A stretch of DNA of 64,000 bases from Eledone cirrhosa (Eukaryota): NCBI GenBank assembly GCA_964016885.1, contig OZ024745.1, positions 9,176,001-9,240,000 on the forward strand. The letters run 5' to 3'. A program made the position numbers and the translations under genes. The notes beneath the pieces are model-generated. The model saw only the letters and a list, made by a program, of their open reading frames with translations, did not search any database and had not been told where the DNA came from. This document shows positions 1 to 12,800 of this stretch, in pieces. The first letter of the stretch is position 1; every line of letters begins with the position of its first letter.

Positions 1-90
1 TCCAGGAAGAATTTTTGTACTCTCAGTCACTTAATGTCATATGAGACCAGAACAAAACCCGACTAGCCTCTAGACTCAGAAAAACTTTAA

Positions 91-359
91 CTCTTTTGAT
101 ACAAAATCATTTGAAACTACCCTTAGTAATAAAATACAAGACTGTTTATTTCTAAGAGTTTATATTTATCTCAAAACCTGCCTTCATAATTCTATGTAAG
201 AATATTAGTTAAGTTATGTTCCAGACATAACCCATGCTAGCGTGGAAGAATGGACGTAAAACAGTGATGATGATGATGATACATAAGAAATTCTTGATAA
301 TTAAAATTATTTGAAAATTATAGGCAGTGTCTTTCATAAGAAATATGAAAATAAAAGGG
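91..359. mobile_element. Degenerate TTAA-flanked piggyBac-type MITE (same family as 35270-35571), with an internal SINE/LINE tail fragment
   Basis: TTAA|CTCTTTTGATAC ... AATAAAAGGG|TTAA. Bases 320-363 match the reverse complement of 35266-35310. Confidence 0.5.
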
Positions 360-749
360 TTAAAAGTTGAGTGATAATGTCTTACATAGTAATACAATAG
401 TATGTTTCCTGCCATATTGCAACTTAGGACATTTAAACCAAAAGTCTAATAATTTTACTATTCAGACATTGCTGTTCCTATTTAGGGATTAGTTTTTGAT
501 TTAGGCACAAGGCCAACAATTTGGGGGAGAGGGCAAGTCAATGAAATTGACCCCAGTGCATTAGTGGTACTTTATTTTATCAACCATTGGCGGGATATGA
601 ACTCAGAAAGTAAAGTATGTAACTCTATACCACAAAACATGTTGTCTGACGCTCTACCAATACTGCCAATTCACTTATTTAAAGATTGCCAGCAAACATA
701 ATGAAGAAATAAAACACAATATTTAATAAAAAATATTATTATTATTTAC

Positions 750-833
750 CAACTCTTCTTTCCAGAGTGCAACTGAAATACCAATGACAGGGGGTGATTC
801 CATGGGTGCTTTTGTTTGATTTGGAGCCGAAAG
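750..833 (-). CDS. CEP120: CEP120 coding exon 7 (LSAPNQTKAPMESPPVIGISVALWKEEL)
   Basis: Acceptor gttacag, donor gtaaat, 84 nt, phase 0/0. Confidence 0.85.
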
Positions 834-3800
834 CTGTAACAAATCAAAGATAAATTACAAACTGCTTCAAATTTGACTTTTTTTTTTTAAATAAATTTTA
901 AGAGGACATTCTAAAGTTATTTTGTATCCATTTCTCCCTATCACCCCATACCGGGAATGACCAGGGGTGAAAAATTATTTTATATTTGAAGGTCACATAA
1001 TTTATAGACCAAATCGGAAAGATCCCAAACCTCATTCACTTACTGAGTAGGGTGGTACTCATCAAATTGGTCCAAAGAAACAATGCTTCCATTGGTCTTT
1101 CCAATTGCTACTATTATCCACCACTCATAACTCCTGGCAGAAGGAGTGACATGAAATAAAGTGTCTTGCTCAAGGACATGACATATCACTCGGCTTGGGA
1201 ATTTAACTCGCAACCTCATGATTGCGAATCCAACTCTCTAACCACTAAGCCACTCACCTTAACGTAATTTGATAAAACCATAGTTTCCACAAAAGGTTGT
1301 TATATTGTATAAGTGTTTCATACGAGTGTTAGAGCACTGAAAAGTTTGAACCATGGTTAAAAGAAAAGTGTACTTTTTGGAATCCCTATAGTATAGCACA
1401 AGACATGAAATTATATTGACTGATACTTATACATAGGCAAATGCTGAGAATAAAGTCTTCAGTACCCAAATCTTCTATCAACATATCCCATCATCTGACC
1501 ATAGGAAAAAAACTAAATGATTTTTTTTAAATCTCAAAACACACAAATTATTTAATATTGATTAAGAGTTTCATATGTTTATTTGTGTTACTTAGAATTA
1601 AACTTAATGAAAAGAAAGAAGCATGAAATTGCTGTTGTAAAAGACTGTTGAGTGAGGAGAATGGCAAAGTGTCATACCCATTGACTGATGTAGCAATATG
1701 ATAATCAACTGCTACAAGAGCAAAAGAGATATACTTGAGAGAACCAGCTACAGAGGCATCTAATTGTTAGACTAAGTTATGATAGATACAGAACTAATTA
1801 GTAACAGAATTAGTTATGATAGTTACAGAACTAATTTGTAACAGGATTAGTTATGATAGTTACAGAACTAATTAGTAACAGAATTAGTTATGATAGTTAC
1901 AGAACTAATTAGTAACAGAATTAGCTAAGATGAGATGCAGTTTGACTTTGTGCCAGAAAGGGGCATAACCAATGCCATCTGCAAGCATACTTAACTAGGA
2001 GTAAACCCCTATACCTAGCATTTGTTGACATGTAAAAGGCTCTTGGTATGGTGTTATGCTCTGTAATTTGATGGTTGCTACAGAAGCTAGGTGTAGATGA
2101 TTGGTTTGTGAAGGCCATGCAAGCTAAGTTCAGAGGAGGAGCAGTCAGCAAGGAATTAAACATGAAGGTAGGACTCCATCAAGGCTCCTCAACTCCCTTG
2201 TATTCATTATAGTCCTCCAGGCCATTAGATTCAAGATTGGCTGTCCATGAGAACTCTTTCTTATAGCAGAATCTATAGGAAATTTAAAGAAGGAATTCCA
2301 GACATGGAAGCTAAAACTGTAATTGAAAGGCCTTAAAGGAAACTTAGCCAAAGACTAAAAATGTAATAAGGACCTTGCTACCATCAGGTAAATGGCCGTT
2401 CTTGGTATACAGAAGAGCAGGTAGAAATTCCATATGGTGTACCCAGGGTAAATTATGGATACACAAGACAGAATCTATCAAACTATAGAGAAAGATGCGA
2501 GATATTGACAGAATCCTATATTTGAGATACACATAAAATAGAATGTATTTAAAACTCACTGAGTAATCACCCTCTAAAACAACTGGTCGCATGAATATTT
2601 CAGTGCTGCCTGGTTTCAGTAAAGTATTTAAAGGTACTTCACAGTGTCCAAATGATATATCTTCGCAGCAAAAATGGACCTGAAATAGAAACAAAACAAG
2701 TAAAAGTTGTGTATATTAATTACAAAACAAATAAATGTTTGCATAAAAAAAAAAGAATTTTTTTAAATTAAATAGTAGTTTAGCAAAGTTTTATTACTGA
2801 ATAGTATAAACCAAAAACATGAAAATTATTGCGAGTTGGTAAAAGGGCCATTGTTAGATTAATTCTGGGTCTTTTTAACCCTTTTATTGGTATATTTTCT
2901 ATGCTTTTCTATAATACAGGTTATTTCTATAATTCTAGTTTTTACCTAAATATATGAGATCAAATATTTTAAATAGATTGATTGAGCGATCAATCGACAA
3001 CTCCCCAGACCTCATTTGTTTATTGAGTTGAGAAATTGAATGAAGGAAACAATGTTTCCACGCCTCTTTCCATTGCTGATACTATCTACTGGTTGCAACT
3101 CATGGCAGAAAGAGCATCATCATCATTTTACATCCGCTTTTCCCTGCTTGCAAGGGTGGGACAGGTCCTATTCAGCACAGCATCTCTCCACTTGTCACAG
3201 TCCTTTGTCATCGCCTCCGTGAGCTTCAGCGATCTGAGGTCAGCTCTCGCCACCTCCGCCCATGATTTTCATGGTCTTCCTCTACTGTGTCTTCCTTCCA
3301 CTGGGATTTCTTGGCACTTCTTTACCCAGCGGTCACCCTCCATGCACATTACATGTCCATACCAACGCAGTCTTCTCTTCCGTACACTTTAGCTTATCTC
3401 TCTTATACACAGTTTCTCTCTCAACTCATCTATGCTTGGTCATTCAAGCACATTGACATTGCGCATCCAACGGAGCTTGCTTGCTTCATTTCTCTCCAGC
3501 CATCGCATATCCTCCACAATTGCTGTCCATGTCAACACTATCATGCAGCATCACGCATCTCACACAGGCATCATATAATTGGCCTCTCCTTTGTCGGGAG
3601 AAACTCTTCTTTGTCAACAGAGGAAGCAGCTCCCTAAACTTCTTCCAACCCATCCTTATTCTAGATACTATGGCCTCGGAACACCCTCCTCCCTTGCTAA
3701 TCTGATCACCTAGATATCAGAAGCTATCGACAACCTTTATAGATCCTGCCTGCATTTGAAAAATGTGTCTATCAATGCAACTTCTAATGTCAAATTTCCC

Positions 3801-6800
3801 TGAACATCTACTGCATACGTATTTCTCCCTACCTGTCAGTTTTCCTGCTATCTCATTACAACTCTTGTGTACTCAAGATCTTCATTGTGTGCATTCTATA
3901 GAATTTATGCCAACTCCCTTTCTACATATCAAACATGGCCATTTCTCTGATGGAATCAGAGTTTTGTCCTCTTTTATACTTATCAACACTTTAGTCTTAG
4001 CTAGGTTCACTCAGTCCTCTTGATTCCAACTGCTGTTTCCATAGCCAGAATTTATTCTCTAGCTCCTCTACTGATTCTGCTATAAGTACCAGATTGTCAG
4101 CATAGAGAAGTCCCCATGAGCAGCCAGTCTTAAATTCCTCTGTTATGGCTTGGAGAACTATAATGAACGAAAGTGGGCTGAGGATTGAACCCTGATGTAC
4201 TCCTACTTATATCTGGAATTCCTCACTAAACTTCATTCCTACTCTCATTTTACTGACAGCACCTCTGTATATAGCTTGCACTGTCCTCACAAGCCATTCC
4301 GCTACACCTAGTTTCCTTAGGGACCACCAGATGACAGATCGGGCTATTCTATCAAAGGCCTTCTCTAAGTCAACAAAAGCTAAGTATAGTGGCTTATTCT
4401 TCTCTAAGAATCTCTCTTGTAGTTGTCTCACTAAGAAGAGGGCATCTGTCGTACTTTTCCCAGGCACAAAATCAAACTGCATCTCATCTAGTTTGACTCT
4501 TTCTCTAATTAGTTGTGCTAGTATTCTTTCTGTCACTTTCATAACCTGATCTATCAGTTTTATGCCCTTGCCAGAGCATCCCCTTTACTTTTGTAGCAAT
4601 TTATAAGAATATTGCTGCACCGGTCTTGGGGTATAACTCCACCTTATATAGCTTGATTGACGATGCATGCAACCAGTTTAGTTCCTACAACATGAAATAA
4701 AATATTTTGCTCAAAGACATAACGCAGTGCCCGGTTCGGGGATTGAAATCGCAACCATACGATTGTGAATCCAATTCTCTAACCACTAAGCCAGGCTCCT
4801 TCGCAAAAATAGATTGATAAAGATGAACAATCTATTATGAAATGTAATTTTAATAACAATATAATTTTACAGGCGTAAAATGATGATGATGATTACACAA
4901 TTGTCAAGGCAATATTTGAATCCCAAACTTTTGGACAAATTGTCTCAGATTTTACCAATTCTATCACTGTTAATAAACCAAACATGTGAGAGAAACTGAA
5001 GATTCTTTGCTTTGAAGAATATATTAATCGTATGAAAGATGGATTTCTAATTCAGGGTTAAGGCCAGCAAATTTGAGAGAAGGGGAAGGTAATTAAATCC
5101 ACTGCAGTACTTGACTGGTATTTTGTTTTATTGACCCTGGAAGAATGAAAGGCAAAGTTGATCTTGGTGTAAAGAGGCAAAATAAATACTGCAATAGTAT
5201 TTTATCCAGTGCTCTATCAATTCTGCCAATTTACCACCCTTGTTTGATCCATAAGAATAAAGTTTCTGATATTTTATTTTATCAACCTTGAAAGTTGATC
5301 TGGATGGGATTTGAATGCAGAGCATAGAAAGTCCTAACTAAAATAGCACAAAGCATTTTGTCTGATACTCTACTGATTTTACCAATCCACTGCCCTAATA
5401 TGAAAGATAAATTAAACAATATAAACCAGTGATCTATGACTTACCTGTATACCAGGTTGGTTAGCAAAGAAAAGAGATAAAAAATCAAGATTGCTTCGAA
5501 TTTTTACAGATGCTCTTTCAGGTACAAATTTGGGATTGATCAGATCAGTGAACTTTTCACTGCAAACATCATTTCCAAATAACGAATAATAGAAGCTGTA
5601 GCCATTGGAATTATCAGGTGGTGGGATGGTACCAGGGATCAACTTTCAGTAGAAAATAAAACAGATAGGTTTTCAAATGAATGCAGAAAGTATGGAATAA
5701 ATTAAAATATGGAAAATTTGACAAAATAAACAAATTAAAAAGTACAAAATAATTTTATTTTAATAAACTGATCTAAGATTTATTTATCAGAAAAAAGTTT
5801 AATGTTGAAGTTATTGGTCCTTTGTTGTTTCCAACAATGAGTGTTCTAGTTGATCCAATTAATGGAACTACCTGCTTGTGAAATGTGTAAGTGGCTGAGC
5901 ACGTGTACTCTTAATGTAGTTCTCAGGGAGATTCAGCATGACACATTGTGTGAAAAGGTTGGTCCTTTCAATTACAGGTACAAATCATTTTTGCCAGCTG
6001 AATGAACTTGAGCAATGTGAAATAAACTGTCTTGCTCAAGGATACAATGTGCTCCCTGATTTAAGAATTGAACTCTTGACCTTATGATCATGAACAAAAC
6101 CACTCTAACCACTAAGCTATGTGACTTTACATTCAGATAACTTAATTAATAAAAGTATTTGTTTCAAATCTTAACAAAGAAAGCTTTACTTTCTCATCAT
6201 CAACAATGTTTAAAGTAGCCAGTGATATTTGTTTCTGTTCTACATTACAATACGTTCCATAACTGTAAATGGGAAACATAAAATCATTTACATTGCCAGT
6301 CCTGCTCTAAACGTCTTATCTAGTGATATAATCCACAAACTGTACACACCCAAACCCTGGCCACAAATTCTCAGGTCTCATAAGGGTTCATCAAAATATA
6401 TCTACTCACTATGGTAATCAATCAAGATACTTAGTACTAATCCCCTTCTGTTCATATGATGTTGTTCCTCCATCATATATGTGGCTCACCACCAGGAAAG
6501 GAGACTCCTGCCCCTGTTCCCTTCTGCTCATATGATGTTGCTCCCCCAGGAAAGGAGGCCCCTGTCCTCTCCCACTCACCTAACATCACTCCTCCTCCCA
6601 CCCTCAACCCCACAATAATATGCAACTTAACAAAAATAAATGTTATACTAATACATTATATATAGGTTGTCATAAAAAAGACAACTGACTGTAGAAAATT
6701 TGCCTTAAAAGCCTCATTCAACCCATGCTAGTTTGAAAAAGTGGACATTAAAACAACAATGATGATGATGAATGCAATTCTTTTGTAATATAACAGGGGT

Positions 6801-9800
6801 GTTTTAGAAGATAGTAGTTGCAGCTTACCAATGCTAGATTAGATGCATAAACAATAGTGACAGCTAGAATGAATGTATCCTGACAACGATCAACTGGGCC
6901 GATCTGATAGAAACTGCAGGTTTCATCTAAGACAGGGCGTAGATTGCTAGTTATAGCTGCAATGAACAAAACATAATAATTCAGTCAAAAAGAAATATAC
7001 AATCACACATACATCATTATTGTTGTTTTTACATTGTCTTTTCCCTGCTGGTATAGATTGGATAGGACTTTCTGAGGCAATATTTTACAGCCAGATATCC
7101 ATAAGGGTTTTGGTTGCATAAGTAAAGCAAGTTCAAGACACTACTCTATATATTTTCACAGTATCTATCTAACTTGGAATGTTTAGGTCTCATTCACTGT
7201 CCAACATGATGGATCATTTATATGACACCATTGTGATACAATGCCAAATGTCTGGTTTATTAGATTTCATCACTGATCACAGCCGACATCATGCTACCAA
7301 TGTCTTTGCACATAACCCTGTCATGGGGGGCTCCCGGGTGCTACCTTGTCAAAAGGCCACTCACTGGATGACCAAGGATAGGATAAGAGGATACCCATTT
7401 CCGGTAACAAGCCCTTTTAGTCACTTTTTACGACATACAGGGATACAGTGTACCTATTCTAAACTGGATGTACATGGTCTTATGACATACAGGTATACAG
7501 TGTACCTACTCCAAACTGGATAAACATGGTCTTACATATTTCATATAACTTCTTGTACTCTTTCTCACATACACAAACAATTTCATTTGTCTATTATTAA
7601 AATTCAAGACATGTGTAGACCTATCACCAGGTTTTGGTGTTCAGGAGTGAGGGAGCTTCAGAACATTCTGTGTCATGCCAGGACTACAGACCACATGCAC
7701 TGGACTACAGACGAACAAGGTCTTAAATTCAAATCTTACTACAGCCATTATACATACATTTCCCTGAACAAGGCTATGTAACTGTGTATGAAGAAGAGGC
7801 CACTGGCAACATTGTTTTCTGTCTGTAGGGGGTTTTACCAGGTTTTATAAGCTATTTTATAACAACTGACTGCAATTGTAGTTATTTTCTGTGTCTGAGC
7901 TTCTGCCATCTTATAAATTTATTTCCTTGGCACTTGGTAAGTTTCACAAACAATGATTATTTCCAATTGTCCTCACTTATAATTTAATCCTAACCTAGCA
8001 TTTTAGTCAAATGAATTATACTACATCATCATTATCACCACCTACACTACAACATATACTACACTAATATATATACACAACATATACTACACTACAACAT
8101 ATAATACACTACAACATATACTACACATGATGCTGATGATGATGATTTTCATATTAACAAAGAAAGTGTCAACAATACTTGATGGTATCTCTTCAAGCTT
8201 TTTAACTTCATCGACATCATGGTCAAGGTAGAGACCAAGCTGGAGTTCAGGTTTAGATTTCACATATTTAGAATGGAAAAGAGGATACCATTTTGATGTC
8301 TGAAAAAAAAAATAATAAAAAGACCCCAAATTAAAAAATTGAAGTTTCATAGATTAGTTTAAGTTAAATTTTAAAACCCCACTTTGATATCAACAATCTC
8401 AATAGGTTCCATAAATATCAGTAAAACTATATCTTTTATCAACACCACAAGGTAAAAAGATGGTTCCTGTTCTTGAACAAAACACATATATAGATATTTA
8501 GTATCTAATTTCATGTTGTTAGAATGTCTAAGAATCGGGGGATGAGATTTTGCAGGCAAAGCCAACAAGAGACCCAGAGGTAGACCATGAGCAAGATGGC
8601 TGGTTAACATCTATAAGCTCAGTTGGTCTCACTGGAGATGATTGCTTCTGATAAGACCCAGTGAAAGGTGTATCTGAGGACTTTGCCTCCACAACCCTCT
8701 CAGAAAGGAGAAGGAGGTGGTGATGATGACAGTGGTGATGATGGCAGTGGTGTTTGTGACTAGAGATGGCATTTTGAAGAAAGATCTTCAAACAAACAGA
8801 AAAATTCAAGATAAGAAAAAAAACATCAACTTCAAATAAAAAATTACTGTAATTAAAATAAAATTTGAATTTAAATGTTTTCCAAACCTGTTTCATAGTA
8901 GCAGAGCGAACATCCAGCACAACATAACCAACCATCTCCTTCATTGTAGTTTGTGTATCATAAGCATAACACTGAACTTTCATTGAACTACGATGTAATC
9001 GATGTTGTTGAAGTCCTTTCTTGCTTAGTTGCCATGCCAACTCTTGGGTTATACTTGGCTTGTTTGTGTGGTTAACAGGATCAGTTGAGAGTAATTCTCC
9101 ATCAAATTTAGTATCTATTATTAATTTATGCCGAGGTCTTTTGGGGAAATTCCGACCTGATAAAAAAAATATAATACTAATTAAAATTTTGATGTTAAAA
9201 ACTTCAAAATTAAAAAAAAAAAGTGTTGTTTTTTTATTTTCTGATTACACTGCATGACAAAATGAAAAAAAAGTTTCTTTAGCAAGAGATAATTTGAGTT
9301 ATTTTAATGAATATGAAGTTAATTTTGCACCATCACATCTAAATTTACAGAAATGTAATGTAGCTGTATGTAAAATGTTACTATTTGTCTTTTAAGAATG
9401 CCTGTGTCATCATCATCATCGTTTAACGTCTATCTTCCACGCTAGCATGGGTTAGACGGGAATTGTCCCACTTGAGGCAAAATTGGTTGGGTGACCGTGT
9501 CTTGCTCATATAGGACTTTGTAGCAGGTTTTCTATGGCTGGATGCCCTTCCTAACACCAACCACATTTACAGTGTGGACTGGGAGGTTTTTACTGTGTTA
9601 CCTACACGGCTGTGTATATTGTTACTTTAACAGTGATTAAATTATAGTTTAATACATTCATAAATTACATGCATTGTTCACAAGATTAGACACTTTTTTT
9701 TGTAAACATAGTATATGTGGGATATCTTGTAGATCAAAATCTAGACATGATGGAGCAAAATGGATTTCATATTCCTAAAAAGCACCCTAATATCAACTAA

Positions 9801-12800
9801 AGTGGTGTTTGTTAAAAAAATTAGTGTCATCCAGTGTTATTAATTCTACATGAAAACTGTGATGTAACCCCATAGTAGATTCACAATAAATGTGAAAATA
9901 CAATACATAATACATCTTATAAATAGAGGACTAAGATAAGAATATAAAAATAAACTTTTTCATGAAGTGGTGTTAAAATACAATAAATGTATTGAAAAAT
10001 CAGGGATTGGTCTTAAGTATGAAAAGGAATTAGAAACAGTTACAGATGTTTCATAGTGAGTGATAAGATACAGGAATTCAAATCATAATAATAGTTTCTG
10101 ATTTAGACACAACACCAATAATCTTGGGAGAGGGGAAAAATTAATTAAATCGACCTCAGTGTGTCACTGGTACTTTATTTTATCAACTAGCAGAAAAACC
10201 ACCCTTCAGATGGTTTTCTACTGGCATGTGTAGTGTGCATATTGATATTATATGCAAGTATATATGCATGTAGATATGATACATCAAATAAAATCGTAAT
10301 TGACAATATACACAGAAATTGAACGAAGACTGTGTTACACTGTCTTATGTAATCAGTAACGTAATCCATGATACATTAAAAAAAAGACGATATTATATAT
10401 AAACTGCATTAGGAGAAAATTAGTGACGTAAATATATGAATGTTTATTTAAGCGATCGCTAACCAGAAGTGTTAACATTTGAAAATTTTAAAGAAGTGAA
10501 TCTTTAAATAAGCAATAAAATATATTTAATCAAGAGCTATGAAATTTAGTAGATAACTTTTGTAATATTCATTCATTATTTATTCAAATCCCGCTGAGGT
10601 TAACTTTGCCTTTCATCCTTATGGGGTCAATAAAATAAAGTACCAGTAATGCTCTGGGATAATTGCTGGCCTTGTGCCAAAAGTAGAAACAATTATTTAT
10701 TCGAAGTAAACCAATTTATTTTACAAACAGGATAAAAAAATTTATTCTGGATGCAGTCCTGCACTCCTTTCTTTATTATAGTTAAGATTCCATAAGGATG
10801 AAAAGCAAAGTTAACCTCGGCAGGATTTGAAATTCAAGTCATGCAATTCAAAACATAAAATGGCAATAAATTGGCAAAGTCGTATTGGAAAGAAAGCTTT
10901 GTAGCATTTGTTCTAGCTTTTTACAGTCTGAGTTCAACTCCTGGAGAGGCCAACTGTGTCTTTCATTCTTTCATGGTTGATAAATAAAGTACCAATCCAA
11001 GGACAGTGGATTGCTAGAATTGTAAAGTATCAAGCAAGGTAACTTGTGGTATTTATTCTGGTTCTGTGCATTCTAAGTTCAAATCTCACCTCCTGTCACA
11101 AGAAAACAGTATCACTGCAGGGAGTTGTGACTGATAGTATCATCAAAGAGAAGAACCAACTGAATCATACTTTCGTTGGTTTGAGTTGGAGGACCAGCTA
11201 TTATCTTATTGATAATCAACATGATGAAATATCTTATTCAAAGATTCAGTTTTAAGCTAATGTATTAATCGAGTCATTAAAGCATCAAGGTTTGCTCTGG
11301 CTTTATGTGCTATAATTTCAAATACCACTCCTTTCAACTAATCCCTTTCATCCTTTCGAGATTGATAAAGTATCAATCCAGGTATGGTGGATTGGTGAAT
11401 TTGTTAAAGAGTCAGATAGTATGCTTTGCAGTACATGATCCATTTCCATGCATTCTAAGTTCAAACCGTGCCTCTTTCTGTCAGGAGTTACAACTGACAG
11501 ATACCATCAGCAATGGAAATATAGTTTTTAATGATTGGCTCCTTCCCTTTTTAAAAGTATTAATTAGTTGTAGAATACAGCAGAGAAGTGGCCTTGCTTG
11601 TTTTGCAGAAAGGAAAAAAATATACAGGGTGAGTATAGTTTTTACATGGTGTGGAATTGGATATCATTCTGAAATAGAACTAAGAAAACCAAAGTTGAAC
11701 AGAAAAAAAAAAAATGAATGGAATAACAACAACCACACACAAACACACAATAACCTAAGGTAAATATAAATAAATATATACAAGGACAATAACAACAACC
11801 ACACATAAACACACACTAGTGAACATAGAATACCACACAGACTGACATGAACACACACACCAAACAGAAAACACACACGTATACACATTGGCAAACAGAG
11901 ACAAAGACAAGAATAAATAAATAAAATAAAAATGGCGTAGACATTACAATACAACGGGAAGAAACATAATAGTACCACTGATGATGTCACAGGTGCGTGA
12001 TGAAAGAACTTTGATAGACTATATCATCATCATCGTCGTTTAACGTCCATCTTCCACGCTAGCATGGGTTAGACGGGAGTTGTGCCACTTGAGGCAAGGT
12101 TGGTCGGGTGACCGTATCTCGCTCATATAGGACTATCTGGCAGGCTTTCTACGGCTGGATGCCCTTCCTAACACCAACCACATTTACAGTGTGGAACTGG
12201 GAACTTTTTACCGTGTTACCTGCACAACCACATTACAGCATGGACTGTGAGTGTTTTTTTGTTTTCTTTTTTTCTTTGTCGTGACACCTACACGATCTCG
12301 ATCTCATTTATTTGGACTGGATGTTGTGGTACCAACTTTACAGAGAGAGCGTGGTGTTGGTGGGAGTGGGAGGATAGGGTAGGGGTAGTGGATTGGGGTA
12401 TATATTTGGTTAAGAGGTGCCTACTGACTGTAGTTTTCACTTTGTACATAGGCAAAGCGGGTCTTCTGTATTACTGCGTAACGCCAAAGATCTCAGTCCA
12501 GTGACATTGTCTTAGAGAAGTGCAAGTGTGTAAGGTCGGAATTTATCAGATCGTCCCAGGTTTTTTGGAGTCTACCTACTCCGTAACTACCATCAATTTT
12601 TATCGCCCTGCACTTTTTTATGCAGCTGTCATCTTTCATGCGCATCACACATATATATATATATATGTTGTTTCCTTGAGCAAGACACTTTATTTCACAT
12701 TGCTCCAGTTTACTCAGCTGTAGAAATGAGATGATAGGGACTGGGGTCCCTATCATTCCACTGCAAAGTGGTCGTGGAGGTGCCACGGCAAAAAAGCACC

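Noticed and set aside
8528-8887. His-rich extension of ORF 8528..9040
   Set aside because: Read-through past the CEP120 exon 2 donor into intronic (CAT/CAC)n sequence.
11305-11990. 152-aa and 108-aa ORFs
   Set aside because: Degenerate SINE pieces and CA-rich low-complexity sequence, with no recognisable motifs.
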